A stretch of DNA of 64,000 nt, from positions 43,864,847 through 43,928,846 of the forward strand of contig NC_057719.1 in the NCBI RefSeq assembly GCF_004010195.1, given 5' to 3'. This stretch comes from Chiloscyllium plagiosum (lineage: Eukaryota). Below, piece after piece: positions 25,237 to 37,359 of the stretch (position 1 is its first letter; each line of letters begins with the position of its first letter). Under the pieces are notes generated by a model. The model was not told where the DNA came from. It was given only the letters and a program-made list of their open reading frames with translations, and searched no databases. The translations under genes were made by a program, and so were the position numbers.

Positions 25237-26904
25237 GTTTGTGGCGTCTAATGAACTATAATTTAGACAATTAAAAATAACCTGATAGTAATTGGAGTGG
25301 TGTTTCCACTGAGTAAAAACAGATGAATCAAAACTACAATGTCAAATGTTGCTTCTGTCCTTAAACTCAATTACATTGCCAGATCAAGTGAGGATAGTAT
25401 CTTTTCTATTTCTAAAGGATGCTAATGGACCAGGCAGATTTTTTTTTCATTCTCTCATTGGATATTGTTGCTAGCCAGCATTTATTGTCTATCACTTGTA
25501 GCCCTTGAGAAAGTGGTGGTGAGCTGCTTTCTTAAACTAGTCCATGTGCTGTAGATAGACCAACAATGCCAAATGCCCTTCCTAACAGGATTCCTGACTG
25601 CTATATGTATTTTATGGTAAATTCCATGATGAGAGATGTAAGAACAGTGTAGTGGATGATATTTTAGTTGATTAACTTGCAGCCTAACGGAGCCAACCGA
25701 TGCAATGTGATAAATCAAAGTGAACTTTTCTAGGCAAACTTACAACCTTGAAGTGAGAATCAATTACTTCAAGCAGTCTATCAGATACTGGAAGATTGGA
25801 AACCAAAACAGAAACTACTAATAACACTCAGCAGGTCACTCACCACCGGAGAATAGGCAACTTAACGTCACGACCAAAAGAAAATGCAAAGGCATAGAAT
25901 TCAAAAGAAACAGAACAAAGGAAGTAAGAGAAAAAACAGACACAAATGAAGCAGTAGATCTGCTATTTCTTATCTTGTATCCACGTTGGTACGGATTTGT
26001 TTGTATTTTTCCTCTCTGTTGAAACTGTTAAACAAACTGATATCTGTATTCTATATTAGGCAGTAAACACTTCAAAAGGTTTACAAGGATTTTGTTGTTA
26101 GTCTATAGTTCAGTTTTGCACTAATTTCAGTTTTCACCTTTTTCACTCCAGAAGACAACTCCATCATAAGGAAGAACTGGGTTTTTTTTTTGATGACCCA
26201 TCACCAAATCACTTAATTAAACAACTAAAAATTAACAATTAACAAGTCACTGGGGAAGTGCAACTAAAACAAAAATGAAGAAGAAGGGAGGGATTAGATC
26301 AAAGTGATGGAGGGGGAGATAGCACCTTACAACAAGAGCACCTCCAGAACCCAGCTCCTTTTTTATTTTAACTTAGACCTCCACCAAATCACCTGTGTTA
26401 CTCACTAAAGAAATAATAAGCACTGACCACCAGTGGCAGTGAAATAATAACAAATATAGGGGAGATGGGAAGAGAGAGGGCAATATGTCAAACTTGAGTT
26501 GGTGGCAGCTTTTTCAACTAAGAGATGTTATGGCCTACCTTTGGAGCAGGTAGGAATTGAACCCAAGCCTCCTGGTCCTGAGGAATGGACACTCCATTGT
26601 AGCAGAGGAACTCTTCAAATTCAGCTCTTTTTCTGTAAATCAACCTGTTCAGAGCTTTTATTACACATCTTTGGAGCACATGAGACTTGAACTTGGGCGT
26701 CCTGCTCTCAATCACCTCTGGAATTGTTCTGGTTTACCCTTAAAGGGATCTACATTTCAAACACTGACAGAAACTGTTTCTTTCATTTTACTGTTCAGTG
26801 AATTAAAAGCAAGGACCTAAAACTTGAGCTAATTCCAGATAACTGAGCAAATTTTACTTACCTTTCACATTTGATTTCTTTTCCCCATACAAACTTTATT
26901 CCAG

Positions 26905-27043
26905 ATTTCAGAAAATCAGCATGAAGAACTACAGAATGTCCGGAAACATATTTATTCTTGTTTTACAAATATTGCCTGCTTCCTGATGCCACACCCTGGT
27001 TTGAAAGTGGCTACCAATCCCAATTTTGATGGACGGCTAAAAG
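26905..27043 (+). CDS. ATL1: Atlastin-1 exon 8 equivalent
   Basis: tccag|ATT...AAAG|gtatt; 139 nt; [46 protein letters not shown](E). Confidence 0.97.
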
Positions 27044-27232
27044 GTATTCATTCATTACTCATTGCTCATTTACTTCAGATCCATTTCAAAAATGTCTTCA
27101 CTGATGTATTTAATATCTAAAACTACAGGGTTCTAATAATTCATTTATTTATTTGTAGAAAAGTAATTTGTTATTGCATAAAGATTCATGATTTCGAACA
27201 AACTCAAAGAATGTATGTGTATTTTTGCTTAG

Positions 27233-27360
27233 AAATAGATGAGGAGTTTATAAAACATCTGAAGGTGCTGGTTTCTTGGCTACTGTGTCCTGAGAACCTT
27301 GAGTTGAAAGAAATCAATGGGAATAAAATAACAGGTCGAGGGCTTGTGGAGTATTTTAAG
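27233..27360 (+). CDS. ATL1: Atlastin-1 exon 9 equivalent
   Basis: cttag|AA...AAG|gtaat; 128 nt, phase matches exon 8; (E)[42 protein letters not shown]. Confidence 0.97.
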
Positions 27361-28299
27361 GTAATGTTATAAGTGACGATTTTTGTCGTAACTTGGTATG
27401 TTATTAATATAGCCCATTTTCATAAGTTTAGTGATCACGTTAATTTTTTTCTTTCCTTTGTAGACAACGTCCACCCCAGAGAACACACTTTTTGTTATGC
27501 AAACAGTTGTCATTTGCATGCTATGCACAAACATTTACAGAAACTTGCAAGGAAATATGTTGTTTTACTTGCACTGGGATTGAACCAAAGTACAAGGCTC
27601 TTACTCTATATTGGTAGTTTGTGATCTCAGAGCTTGGGGGGAGGAGGGATGATGGATATGAGTAGAGATTTGAAGTGCAGTGAAGTAGAATGCTGCGGAC
27701 TTTTCCGAGTGACTGCCTCAAAAGTACAATGTAGAGAAAATATTTCATCCACCAGGGCATGGCTGAACCTAAAAAATATTTGAAAAATTAGAATTGACAG
27801 GTTGAGAACTGATCAATAAAGAGGCCGTAGAGCTCTGATCTTCAGAAAAGGTTATTGAGGTGTGCATTAGAGCACTTCTGTGACAAATAAATAAAACTCT
27901 GACCAATAATTATAATAAATTTTAATTAGTAAAGGATCTTGCTGACAAAGATTTTGATCAGTGAGTAGGTTTCTGTAACAATAATAAATGAAACTATTTG
28001 AATATTGAATTTAGTTGTCATCTCCCAGGATAACAGTTAACTATCTATTTTTGCTAGTTTTCATCCTTCTACTTATTCCTTACTGGTCCATAGTCATAGG
28101 TATTGGACACTTTCCAATACATGTCTAAACAACCATTATTCACTGTGGGTCTTCACTTTTTATTGACTGGTGCTAGACATTGCACTAAATTGTCATGACT
28201 GAACATTACGTGCCCAAATCTAACCAACATTCAAACATGTCCATCTGGCAGAGGCCTCTGATTATTGCTTAAGATAAGAATCTTGTAAGTTAATTGTTG

Positions 28300-31200
28300 T
28301 TTTAAGTGTGGCCTACAGAGAATCTGCAATAGTGAGTAGAGTAGGCTCTTTCTTGATGATATGTTTTTGGAGATATGTCTCTTGATTAAACTTAAAATAT
28401 AAGCCATAACTATTAATTTAACATGGGGCAGTGTTTGTAGAGGAATAAGATTGTGTTATTTTCTGGGTCTGTAGATTGTGAGGGAGCAAAACTGGCTTTT
28501 AATAGAGTGATATGTACTTCTTGTCAGATGTGGGATTTTAAAGGGAGTTTAAGGATTACTGCGGATTATATCTGCCATAAGTGCTGTTGGCTGCGAATCT
28601 TATCAGATTGAATGGATTGATTGGAGAGACAGTTAGAAGCGATGAGGAATTTGCAACAGCAACAGTATGTGATGGATGGCAGTTATAGGAAGGGGGGAAA
28701 GTCTCAGATAGAGTCACATAGTTGGGTTAACTCCAGGAAAGGTAAAAGAGGTAGGCAGCTAGTGCAGGAGTCTTTTGTGGATATACCCATTTCAAACAGG
28801 TATGCTGTTTTGGAAAATGTAGGGGGTGATGGATTCTCAGGGGAACGAAGCACGAACAACCAAGTTTCTGGTATTGAGACTGGCTCTAATGCAATGAGGG
28901 GTACGTCGGGTTTCAAGAGATCAATTATGTTAGGGGATTCTCTAGTTCGAGGTACAGACAGACGTTTCTGTGGCCAGCAGCAAAGAGGTAGAATGGTGTG
29001 TTGCTTCCCTGGTACCAGGATCAAGGATGTCTCCGAGAGGGTGCAGAATGTTCTCATGGGGGAGAGGGGCCAGCAAGAGGTCATTGTCCACACTGGAACC
29101 AATGATATAAGAAGGGAAAAGGCTGAGATTCTGAAGGGAGATTACAGAGAGTTAGGCAGAAATTTAAAAAGGAGGTCCTCGAGAGTAGAAATATCTGGAT
29201 TACTCCCAGTGCTACGAGCTAGTGACAGCAGGAATATGAGAATAGAGCAGAATAGAGCTAAGGAGCTGGTGTATGGGTGAAGGATTCACATTTTTGGATC
29301 ATTGGAATCTCTTTTGGATTAGAAGTGACCTGTACAAGAAGGACGGATTGCACCTAAATTGGAAGGGGATGAATGTACTGGCAGGGAGATTTGCTAGAGC
29401 TGCTTGGGAGAATTTAAACTAGTAAGGTGGGGGGTGGGACCCAGGGAGATAGTGAGGAAAGAGATCAATCTGAGACTGGTACAGTTGAGAACAGAAGCAA
29501 GTCGAACAGTCAGGGCAGGCAGGGACAAGGTAGGACTAATAAATTAAACTGCATTTATTTCAATGCTTGTATTATAGACCCCCTAATAGCCAGAGGGAAA
29601 TTGAGAAACAAACTTGCAAGGCGATCTCAGCTATCTGAAAAAAAAAACAGGGTAGTTATGGTAAGAGATTTTAAATTTCCAAACATAGACTGGGACTGCC
29701 ATAGTGTTGAGGGTTTAGATGGAGAGGAATTTGTTAAGTGTGTACAAGACAATTTTCTGATTCAGTATGTGGATGTACCTACTAGAGAAGGTGCAAATAA
29801 GGCAGGGCAGGTGACTGAGGTGTCAGTGGGTGAGCACTTTGGGGCCAGTGACCATAATTTTATTAGATTTAAAATAGTGATGGAAAAGGATAGACCTGAT
29901 CTAAAAGTTGAAGTTTTAAATTGGAGAAAGGCCAATTTTGTTGGTATTAGGCAAGACCTTTCGAAAGCTGATTGGGGGCAGATGTTCACAGGTAAAGCGA
30001 TGGCTGGAAAATGGCAAGCATTCAGAAATGAGATAACGAGAGTCCAGAGAAAGTATATTCCTGTAGGGTAAAAGGAAAGGCTGGTAGGTATAGGAAATGC
30101 TGGATGACTAAAGAAATTGAAGGTTTGGTTTAGAAAAAGAAGGAAGCATATGTCAGGTATAGATAAGATAGATTGAGTGAATTCTCAGAAGAGTATAAAG
30201 GAAGTAGGAGTATACTTAAGAGGGAAATCTGGAGGGCAAAAAGGGGACATGAGATAGAATTAAGGAGAATCCAAAGAGTTTTTACAAATACGTTAAGGAC
30301 AAAGGGTAACTAGGGAGAGAATAGGGCCCCTCAAAGGTCAGCAAGGCAGCCTTTGTGTGGAGCAGCAGAAAATGGGGGAGATACTTAATGAGTAATTTGC
30401 ATCAGTATTTTCTGTGGAAAAGGATATGGAAGATATAGACTGTAGGGAAATAGATGGTGACATCTTGCAAAATGTCCACATGACAAAGGAGGAAGTGCTG
30501 GATGCCTTGAAACACTTAAAATGGATAAATCCCCAGGACCTGATCAGTTGTACCTTAGAACTCTGTGGGAAGCTAGAGAAGTGATTGCTGGGCCTCTTGC
30601 TGAGATATTTGTATCATCAATAGTCACAGGTGAGGTGCCGGAAGACTGGAGTTGGCTAACGTGGTGCCACTGTTTAAGAAAGGTGGTAAGGACAAGCCAG
30701 GGAACTACAGATCAGCGAGCCTGACATTGGTGGTGGACAGGTTGTTGGAGAGAATCCTGCGGGACAGGATGTACATGTATTTGGAAAGGCAAGGACTGAT
30801 TAGTGATAGTCAACATGGCTTTGTGCATGGGAAATCATGTCTCACAAACATGATTGAGTTTTTTGAAGTAACAAAGAGGATTGATGAGGGCAGAGTGGTA
30901 GATGTGATCTATTATGGACTTCAGTAAGGTGTTCAACAAGGTTCCTCACAAGAGACTAATAGCAAGGTTCGATATCATGGAAGGAGAAAGTGAGGTCTGC
31001 AGATGCTGGAGATCAGAGCTGAAAATGTGTTGCTGGAACAGCGCAGCAGGTCAGGCAGCATCCAGGGAACAGGAGAATCAACGTTTCGGGCATAAGCCTG
31101 AAGAAGGGCTTATGCCCGAAACGTCGATTCTCCTGTTCCCTGGATGCTGCCTAACCTGCTGCGCTGTTCCAGCAACACATTTTCAGCTCGATATCATGGA

Positions 31201-32207
31201 ATACAGGGAGGACTAGCCATTCGGATACAGAACTGGCTCAAAGGTAGAAGACAGAGGGTGGTGTAGGGTTGTTTTTCAGACTGGAGGCCTGTGACGAGTG
31301 GAGTGCCACAAAGATCGGTGCTGAGTCCTCTACTTTTTGTCATTTACATAAATGATTTGGATGCGAGCATAAGAGGTACAGTTAGTAAGTTTGCAGATGA
31401 CACCAAAAATGGAAGTGTAGTGGACAGCGAAGAGGGTTACCTCAGATTACAACGGGATCTTGACCAGATGGGCCAATGGGCAGAGAAGTTGGGGAGTGTT
31501 GCTGAACAAAGAGACCTTGGTGTGAAGGTTCATAGCTCCTTGAAAGTGGAGTCGCAGGTAGATAGAATAGTGAAGAAGGCGTTTAGTATGCTTTCCTTTA
31601 TTGGTCAGAGTATTGAGAACAGGAGTTGGGAGGTCATGTTGCAGCTGTACAGGACATTGGTTAGGCCACTGTTGGAATATTGCGTGCGATTCTGGTCTCC
31701 TTCCTATTGGGAAACTTGATAAGGTTCAGAAAAGATTTACAAGGATGTTGCCAGGGTTGGAGGATTTGAGCTATAGGGAGAGGCTGAACAGTTGGGGCTG
31801 TTTTCCCTGGAACATCGGAGGCTGAGGGTGACCTTACAGAGGTTTACAAAATTATGAGGAGCGTGGATAGGGTAAATAGGTAATGTCTTTTCCCTGGGAT
31901 CGAGGAGTCCAGAACTAGAGGTCATAGGTTTAGGGTGAGAGGGGAAAAGTATAAAAGAGACCTACGGGGCAACTTTTTCACACAGAGGGTGGTACGTATA
32001 TGGAATGAGCTGCCAGAGGAAGTGGTGGAGGCTGGTACAATTACAACATTTAAAAGGCATTTGGATAGGTATATGAATAGGAAGGGTTTGGAGGGATATG
32101 GGCTGGGTGCTGGCAGGTGGGACTAGATTGGGTTGGGATACCTGGTTGTCATGGACGAGTTGGACCGAAGGGTCTGTTTCCATGCTGTACATCTCTATGA
32201 CTCTATG
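28300..32207 (+). mobile_element. Near-full-length CR1 LINE with ORF1 (zinc-finger/coiled-coil plus SGNH esterase) and internally deleted ORF2 (APE-RT)
   Basis: ORF1 GDSLVRGTD...CCFPG...VIVHTGTND...DGLHLN; ORF2 CIYFNA, DFKFPNIDW, SDHN, KSPGPD, SGVPQ, KFADD; 3' tail ctctatgactctatg; 5' boundary approximate. Confidence 0.93.
30983..31187. mobile_element. Penelope-like family A fold-back element nested in CR1 RT, 14-bp TSD
   Basis: TSD tcgatatcatggaa at 30969-30982 and 31188-31201; ~83-nt inverted arms; CTGAAGA...GAAACGTC at 31098-31125. Confidence 0.9.
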
Positions 32208-32495
32208 GTCAGTTTTGTTTCAGAACCCATTGGTAACACTTCAGCTACCACCAATGCTTGGATCTGCCATCTTAGTGCACAATGCAAATCAAATGTGGTT
32301 CATTCTTTGTATGTGCATGACAAGATTACTGATGAGAAACTTACAAAGTCGTCATCTCAATCTGATGTTTGTCTTTACCTTTAATCCAGCAGATAAAATT
32401 TAATTAATTAATTCATTCATTCATTCATGTTGAAAATATGACAGTTGTTATGACTTGCTGTTAGTTACCAGTGAACCAGACTATTTCCTGTTTAA

Positions 32496-32585
<90 letters not shown>

Positions 32586-32609
32586 TAATTTTACTTTACT
32601 GCTCGACAG

Positions 32610-32982
32610 CTAATAGAAACTTACAAGATAATACATGGCTTGGAGAGGGTGGACGCTAGGAAATTGTTTCCATTAGGCAAGGAGACTAGAACCTTAGAAT
32701 TAGAGGGGGTAAATTCAGAACAGAAATGCGGAAACATTTCTTCAGCCAGAGAGTGGTGGGCCTGTGGAATTCATTGCCACAGAGTGCAGTGGAGACTGGG
32801 ATGCTAAATGTCTTCAAGGCAGAAATTGATAAATTCTTGATGTCACAAGAAATTAAGGGCTACGGGGAGAATGCGGGTAAGTGGAGTTGAAATGCCCATC
32901 AGCCATGATTGAATGGCGGAGTGGACTCGATGGGCCGAATGGCCTTACTTCCGCTCCTATGTCTTATGGTCTTATGGTCTTA
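32610..32982 (+). mobile_element. CR1 3' fragment with (tcttatgg)n tail
   Basis: IETYKIIHGLERVD, FFSQRVVGLWNSLP; octamer tail repeats. Confidence 0.88.
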
Positions 32983-34259
32983 TTTGCTTGCTCATTACTT
33001 TATCTATAACCTTCACAATTGTGTAAGAGGTTGTACAATGCTTAGTCTATTTCATATTGTAATACTGTGTGGCTATTGTCTGTAAAGTCAAACTAAATTA
33101 AAATGCACTAATTTTCTTAAATAATGAAGTCCTTGCTGGAACATGCTTTTTAATTTTTGAAGATGTAACATTATAAAAGAGCACATGATGCCAAAGAACT
33201 AGCAGATGCAGGTTCAGTTCTACCTCCACTAAGTTCCTCATATCACCTGTCATGCTTTAGAGAAGTTTTTAACATAAGTCAAGAATTTCTTGTTTAGAAG
33301 GTAAGATAAGGGTAGAGGGAAGAGAAAGAAAAGGAAATTAGATGAGAAGCCTCCACCATATGCTCCATTATAAATGGAGGTGAATAGGGCAAACTCTGAA
33401 TTTCAGTACATTTATAACAAACCCTTTTAACCAGCACCTTATGAATCTGCACTCTTGATAAGCCAGCAAAAATGATGTACCTCAAATACCATGAAGTTTA
33501 CTCTGTCCAATTATTATCACCTTTCAGTAATTCAGTATAAATATACCTCTTCAATTAAATGTCCGCATGAATTATCAACAATTTCTCCTTAAATATCCTA
33601 ATCTATCGCAATATCCAGGTAGTCAGCCAAGGGGGCAAGTGAGAAGACTCGCGCTATTAAGTTTTATTTAAGGCAAAGTTGCATTACTATTGAAGTGATT
33701 CATGCTATAAATATAGTATAACAGCAAAGTATATACACCCTGCACTAAGTTTCTATTACTTAATGTCTTTTTACATTGATTATGTGGACCTTTTGATTAT
33801 CTGGAATATTTGATCAACCAACACACTCCTGGTCCCACAGGTGCTGGTTAATAAAATGTTTGCATTATTTCTCTTGGACTACACTGGTTTCCAGTCCAAT
33901 ATTTGGTTCTAGTCAAATCATTATGGAAGCGTTGCCTGGTAACACAGAACTGGGAACAAATAAAATAGATTGAAACAAATTGTCTCATACATGTGTCAGG
34001 AGAAACCACTTACAAATTAGTTGAGCAATTTTAGTATAATAATTCCTAGATAGCAAAGTACTTTGTACATTACAGCACAAAAGGCAACCTCACAAGAGAG
34101 ATTTATAAAGGATACTGGCAAAGGACAATAACAATTAATCATGCAATCCAGAAATATACTAATATATAGATCAGACCAGGGAGGGGTGTCAGAGACCTTC
34201 CTCAAAAACGTTACTTCACCAGCAGGATATTTATAATCATTATCATCAATAACTCACTA

Positions 34260-36270
34260 ACAAATATGATTCTCCAGGAAATTCTGTGTCACTGGCCAGT
34301 GATCCTTGTGTGGCTGATGAGCCTGATTCTGGGGTTGCATCTCCAACCACGCATTTGGCTGGTGTTTCTGGGAGGTAAAGTGGTCTTTGACCTTGAGATC
34401 ATTGGAATTCCTTTCTCTAGTTTCTATTCTGTACTTGCTCTTGCCAGCTGGTGTTCTCAAAAAATTGTAGGAGGCTCAAACAGAAGGTTCCTCCAAGTCT
34501 GTTTCTTCTGAATGATGGTTCAGAATGGTGCATTCTTGAGGTAAGTCTTCACAGAGTCTTAGAATCACTTTCTTGCCCCTCTTCTTGGTCAAGTGATTTC
34601 CTTGAGCTGATCAAAGAAGATTTGCTTTGGCACTCAGAAGTCAGGCAGCCTAAGAGCACATGGCAGGCCCAGCAGACTTGCTTTCGGATGATCATGGCCT
34701 TGATGTTGCTGTTGCCTTCTTCAAAGATGCTGATGTTCGTGTGCCTTGTCTTCCCATCTAATACAGGGAATCTATCTCAAACAGCCTTGATGGTGCTTCC
34801 CCAGAGCATTGAGGTAGTGTCTACAAATTATTCAAGTTTTAGAACCGTGGGCAGCATGGTGGCACAGTGGTTAGTGCTGCTGCCTCACAGCGCCAGAGAC
34901 CCGGGTTCAATTCCTGCCTCAGGTGACTGACTGTGTGGAGTTTGCACATTCTCCCCGTGGCTGTGTGGGTTTCCTCCGGGTGCTCTGGTTTCCTCCCACA
35001 GTCCAAAGATGTGCAGGTCAGGTGAATTGGCCATGCTAAATTGCCCATAGTGTTAGGTGAAGGGGTAAATGTAGGGGTATGGGTGGGTTGCGCTTCGGCG
35101 GGTCGGTGTGGACTTGTTGGGCTGAAAGGCCTGTTTCCACACTGTAAGTAATCTAATGTAATCTAATCGAACATAAAAGAATCAGAAGGACGACTTCCTT
35201 ACACACAAGGATCTTGGTATCAGGATGGATATCACAGTGTTTGAAGACTGTCATCCTTAGGTGTCAGAAGATGGTGTTCACTGATTGGATGTGATGTTGG
35301 ATATTAGCATCAATGTCAAACTTAGATGTGAGGTGATTCCCCAGATAAGGGAAATGCTTCACATTTAGGAGGATTACTCTGTTGACCTTAATGGAGGGAT
35401 GGACTGGAATTTGCCCTGGAATGGTTGGTAAAAGTCTTCTTGAGGTTGAGTCCAGTTCTTTAGTGTGCTTCCACAAGGGCGTTAAGTGAGGCTTGAAGGT
35501 TCTCTAAAGAGAGACTTGTAGTAATATTGTCATCTGCATCCTGATGTTAAATGAGCAAAGTCAGTTTTTTGATAATGAATCTAATTCAGTCATTCCTGGA
35601 TTGATCCTTGGGGCTTCCTCTCCAGAAAAAGGTGTAACCACCACCACCATCTTCCCCCAGTTGATCTTCGCCTGCTCTTCGTGTCTCCTGCAGGGCAGCA
35701 ATATCAGTATTGAAGTGGCTGAGTTCATGGGCAACAAGGGAAGTTCTCCATTCAAACGAATATTGTGCCCCTTTTCCATGAGAATTCATACATTCCAGAT
35801 TCCGAGATTGAGTTTCGCTCTGACTTTCGGACCACAGCTAGGTGAGCTCACTAGATGAGATTTTCCATCCAAGGTGGTGGAACCAACTATTTTTAGGGCT
35901 CCTTCTCCAGGTGGAGCAAACAGAGTGGATCTGGAAGAAAGCTGCTGAGTTATGAAGGAAGGTGCAAAATGCCCTCCTATTTCTATTCCAAGAGGGAAAT
36001 GACTGAGTCAAACTCCACTGCCTATGTGTCGGTCTGAAGCTAGGGATTTCTAGATCTCTCAATCCTGTCCTTGTCACCTCTCACTGATTGCTGCAGGGCT
36101 TGTATTGTGCACACGTAGGAAGTTTGAATTTCTCTAGGTAGATGCCTTGTATGGGACATCGTCTAATATGGGAATTCTATTGCACATCAGACATTAATCC
36201 TTGACAGAAGGTAAATGTAGTTCCAGTGGCAAAGAAATCTCAATGGCTGGTGATATTCCTATGCTGCAGC
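34260..36270 (-). mobile_element. RTE-clade (BovB-like) LINE, internally deleted, interrupted by a SINE
   Basis: APE N-terminus EWRTSLVAHELSHFNTDIAALQETRRAGEDQL...YTFFWRG; RT C-terminus VKHFPYLGNHL...IDANIQHHIQ; boundaries approximate. Confidence 0.75.
34849..35168 (+). mobile_element. tRNA-derived V-SINE (HE1-like)
   Basis: ggtggcacagtggttag...gggttcaattcc, V-domain, (taatc)n tail. Confidence 0.92.
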
Positions 36271-37287
36271 CTTCATCTGCTGTTGCAGCTATTGATGTTA
36301 CACATATATCTTCTGCCTGAAATATCATTGAGGACTTCTTTTAGATTGTGCTTTTTCTAGTTTTTGCCCTCCAATCTCACCATCATGGGTGGCCCTTCCT
36401 AGAGTGGAGATCAATGGAACACTCAAGCCTCTCCACCACAGTAAGATGGCATGGGGTATTTAAAATATCCACAGAAGTTTTACAATTATTATATCTGCTG
36501 CAAGAAATTACTAAGGCATTCAGTTTCACTGTTTCTCAATCATGGGGTACGAACTAATATCTTTTGAGTTACCAGTCTAGTACCATAGCCAGTATGATGC
36601 ACCTCATGATGTGGAAAATATCATACTGCTGTAGTGAAGAATATGCTTAGGTGACAGCTGTGCAAATGTTCTCAATTATGAATAATGAATTTAAGTGAAG
36701 TTTAATAATGAATGGGTATATGGAGGGATCATGATATCAGGGCTGAATTACTGAAATTGAGGATAAGTTTCATAAAGCTCACCTGTATTCCATTGTGTGT
36801 AGAAGAGAAATGTGATCTAATTGAAGTATGAAAAATGTTAGAGGAATTTAATAGGATAGATATAGAAAACCTGCTTTTTTGGGTGGGGAAATGTTGAGGA
36901 AACAAGTTGCATCAATCAGCCAGTCCATCAAGCCTTCATGGTGTAATTTATACAAAACCAATCAGCGGCTGAAACCAGGCAGGCACCTACACAATTACCT
37001 AGAGGAAGGTAATGTACAGAAATATCCTGTGGTCAGGTTTGTATTATTGATTGTTCTGAGGTGTAACTGGTGATTACTGATATATAAAATCCCAAGATAT
37101 TAATACAAGTAAAATCTGTTACTTGGAATTTTAGGAAATTATCTTAAGGGAATTTAATAGACTTATTACACTTTGATTTCAAATTCCTTCTTTTTATTTC
37201 TGATAACTACCGTTTGTTTAATGCAGAGTGACAAAAATTAATACCAAATTTGATCCAATCAATCTTTTGTCCTTTCACATAACTTAG

Positions 37288-37359
37288 GCCACAGCAGAAG
37301 CAAACAATTTAGCAGCTGTAGCAGCAGCCAAAGATCTGTACGGTAAAAAAATGGAGGAG
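37288..37359 (+). CDS. ATL1: Atlastin-1 exon 11 equivalent (three-helix bundle)
   Basis: cttag|GCC...GAG|gtaag; 72 nt; ATAEANNLAAVAAAKDLYGKKMEE. Confidence 0.97.

Noticed and set aside
30983..31187. Interpretation of the fold-back elements as MITEs or pre-miRNA genes
   Set aside because: Arms are asymmetric and variably truncated, TSDs are long and variable, and single-arm copies exist; this fits PLE retrotransposition better.
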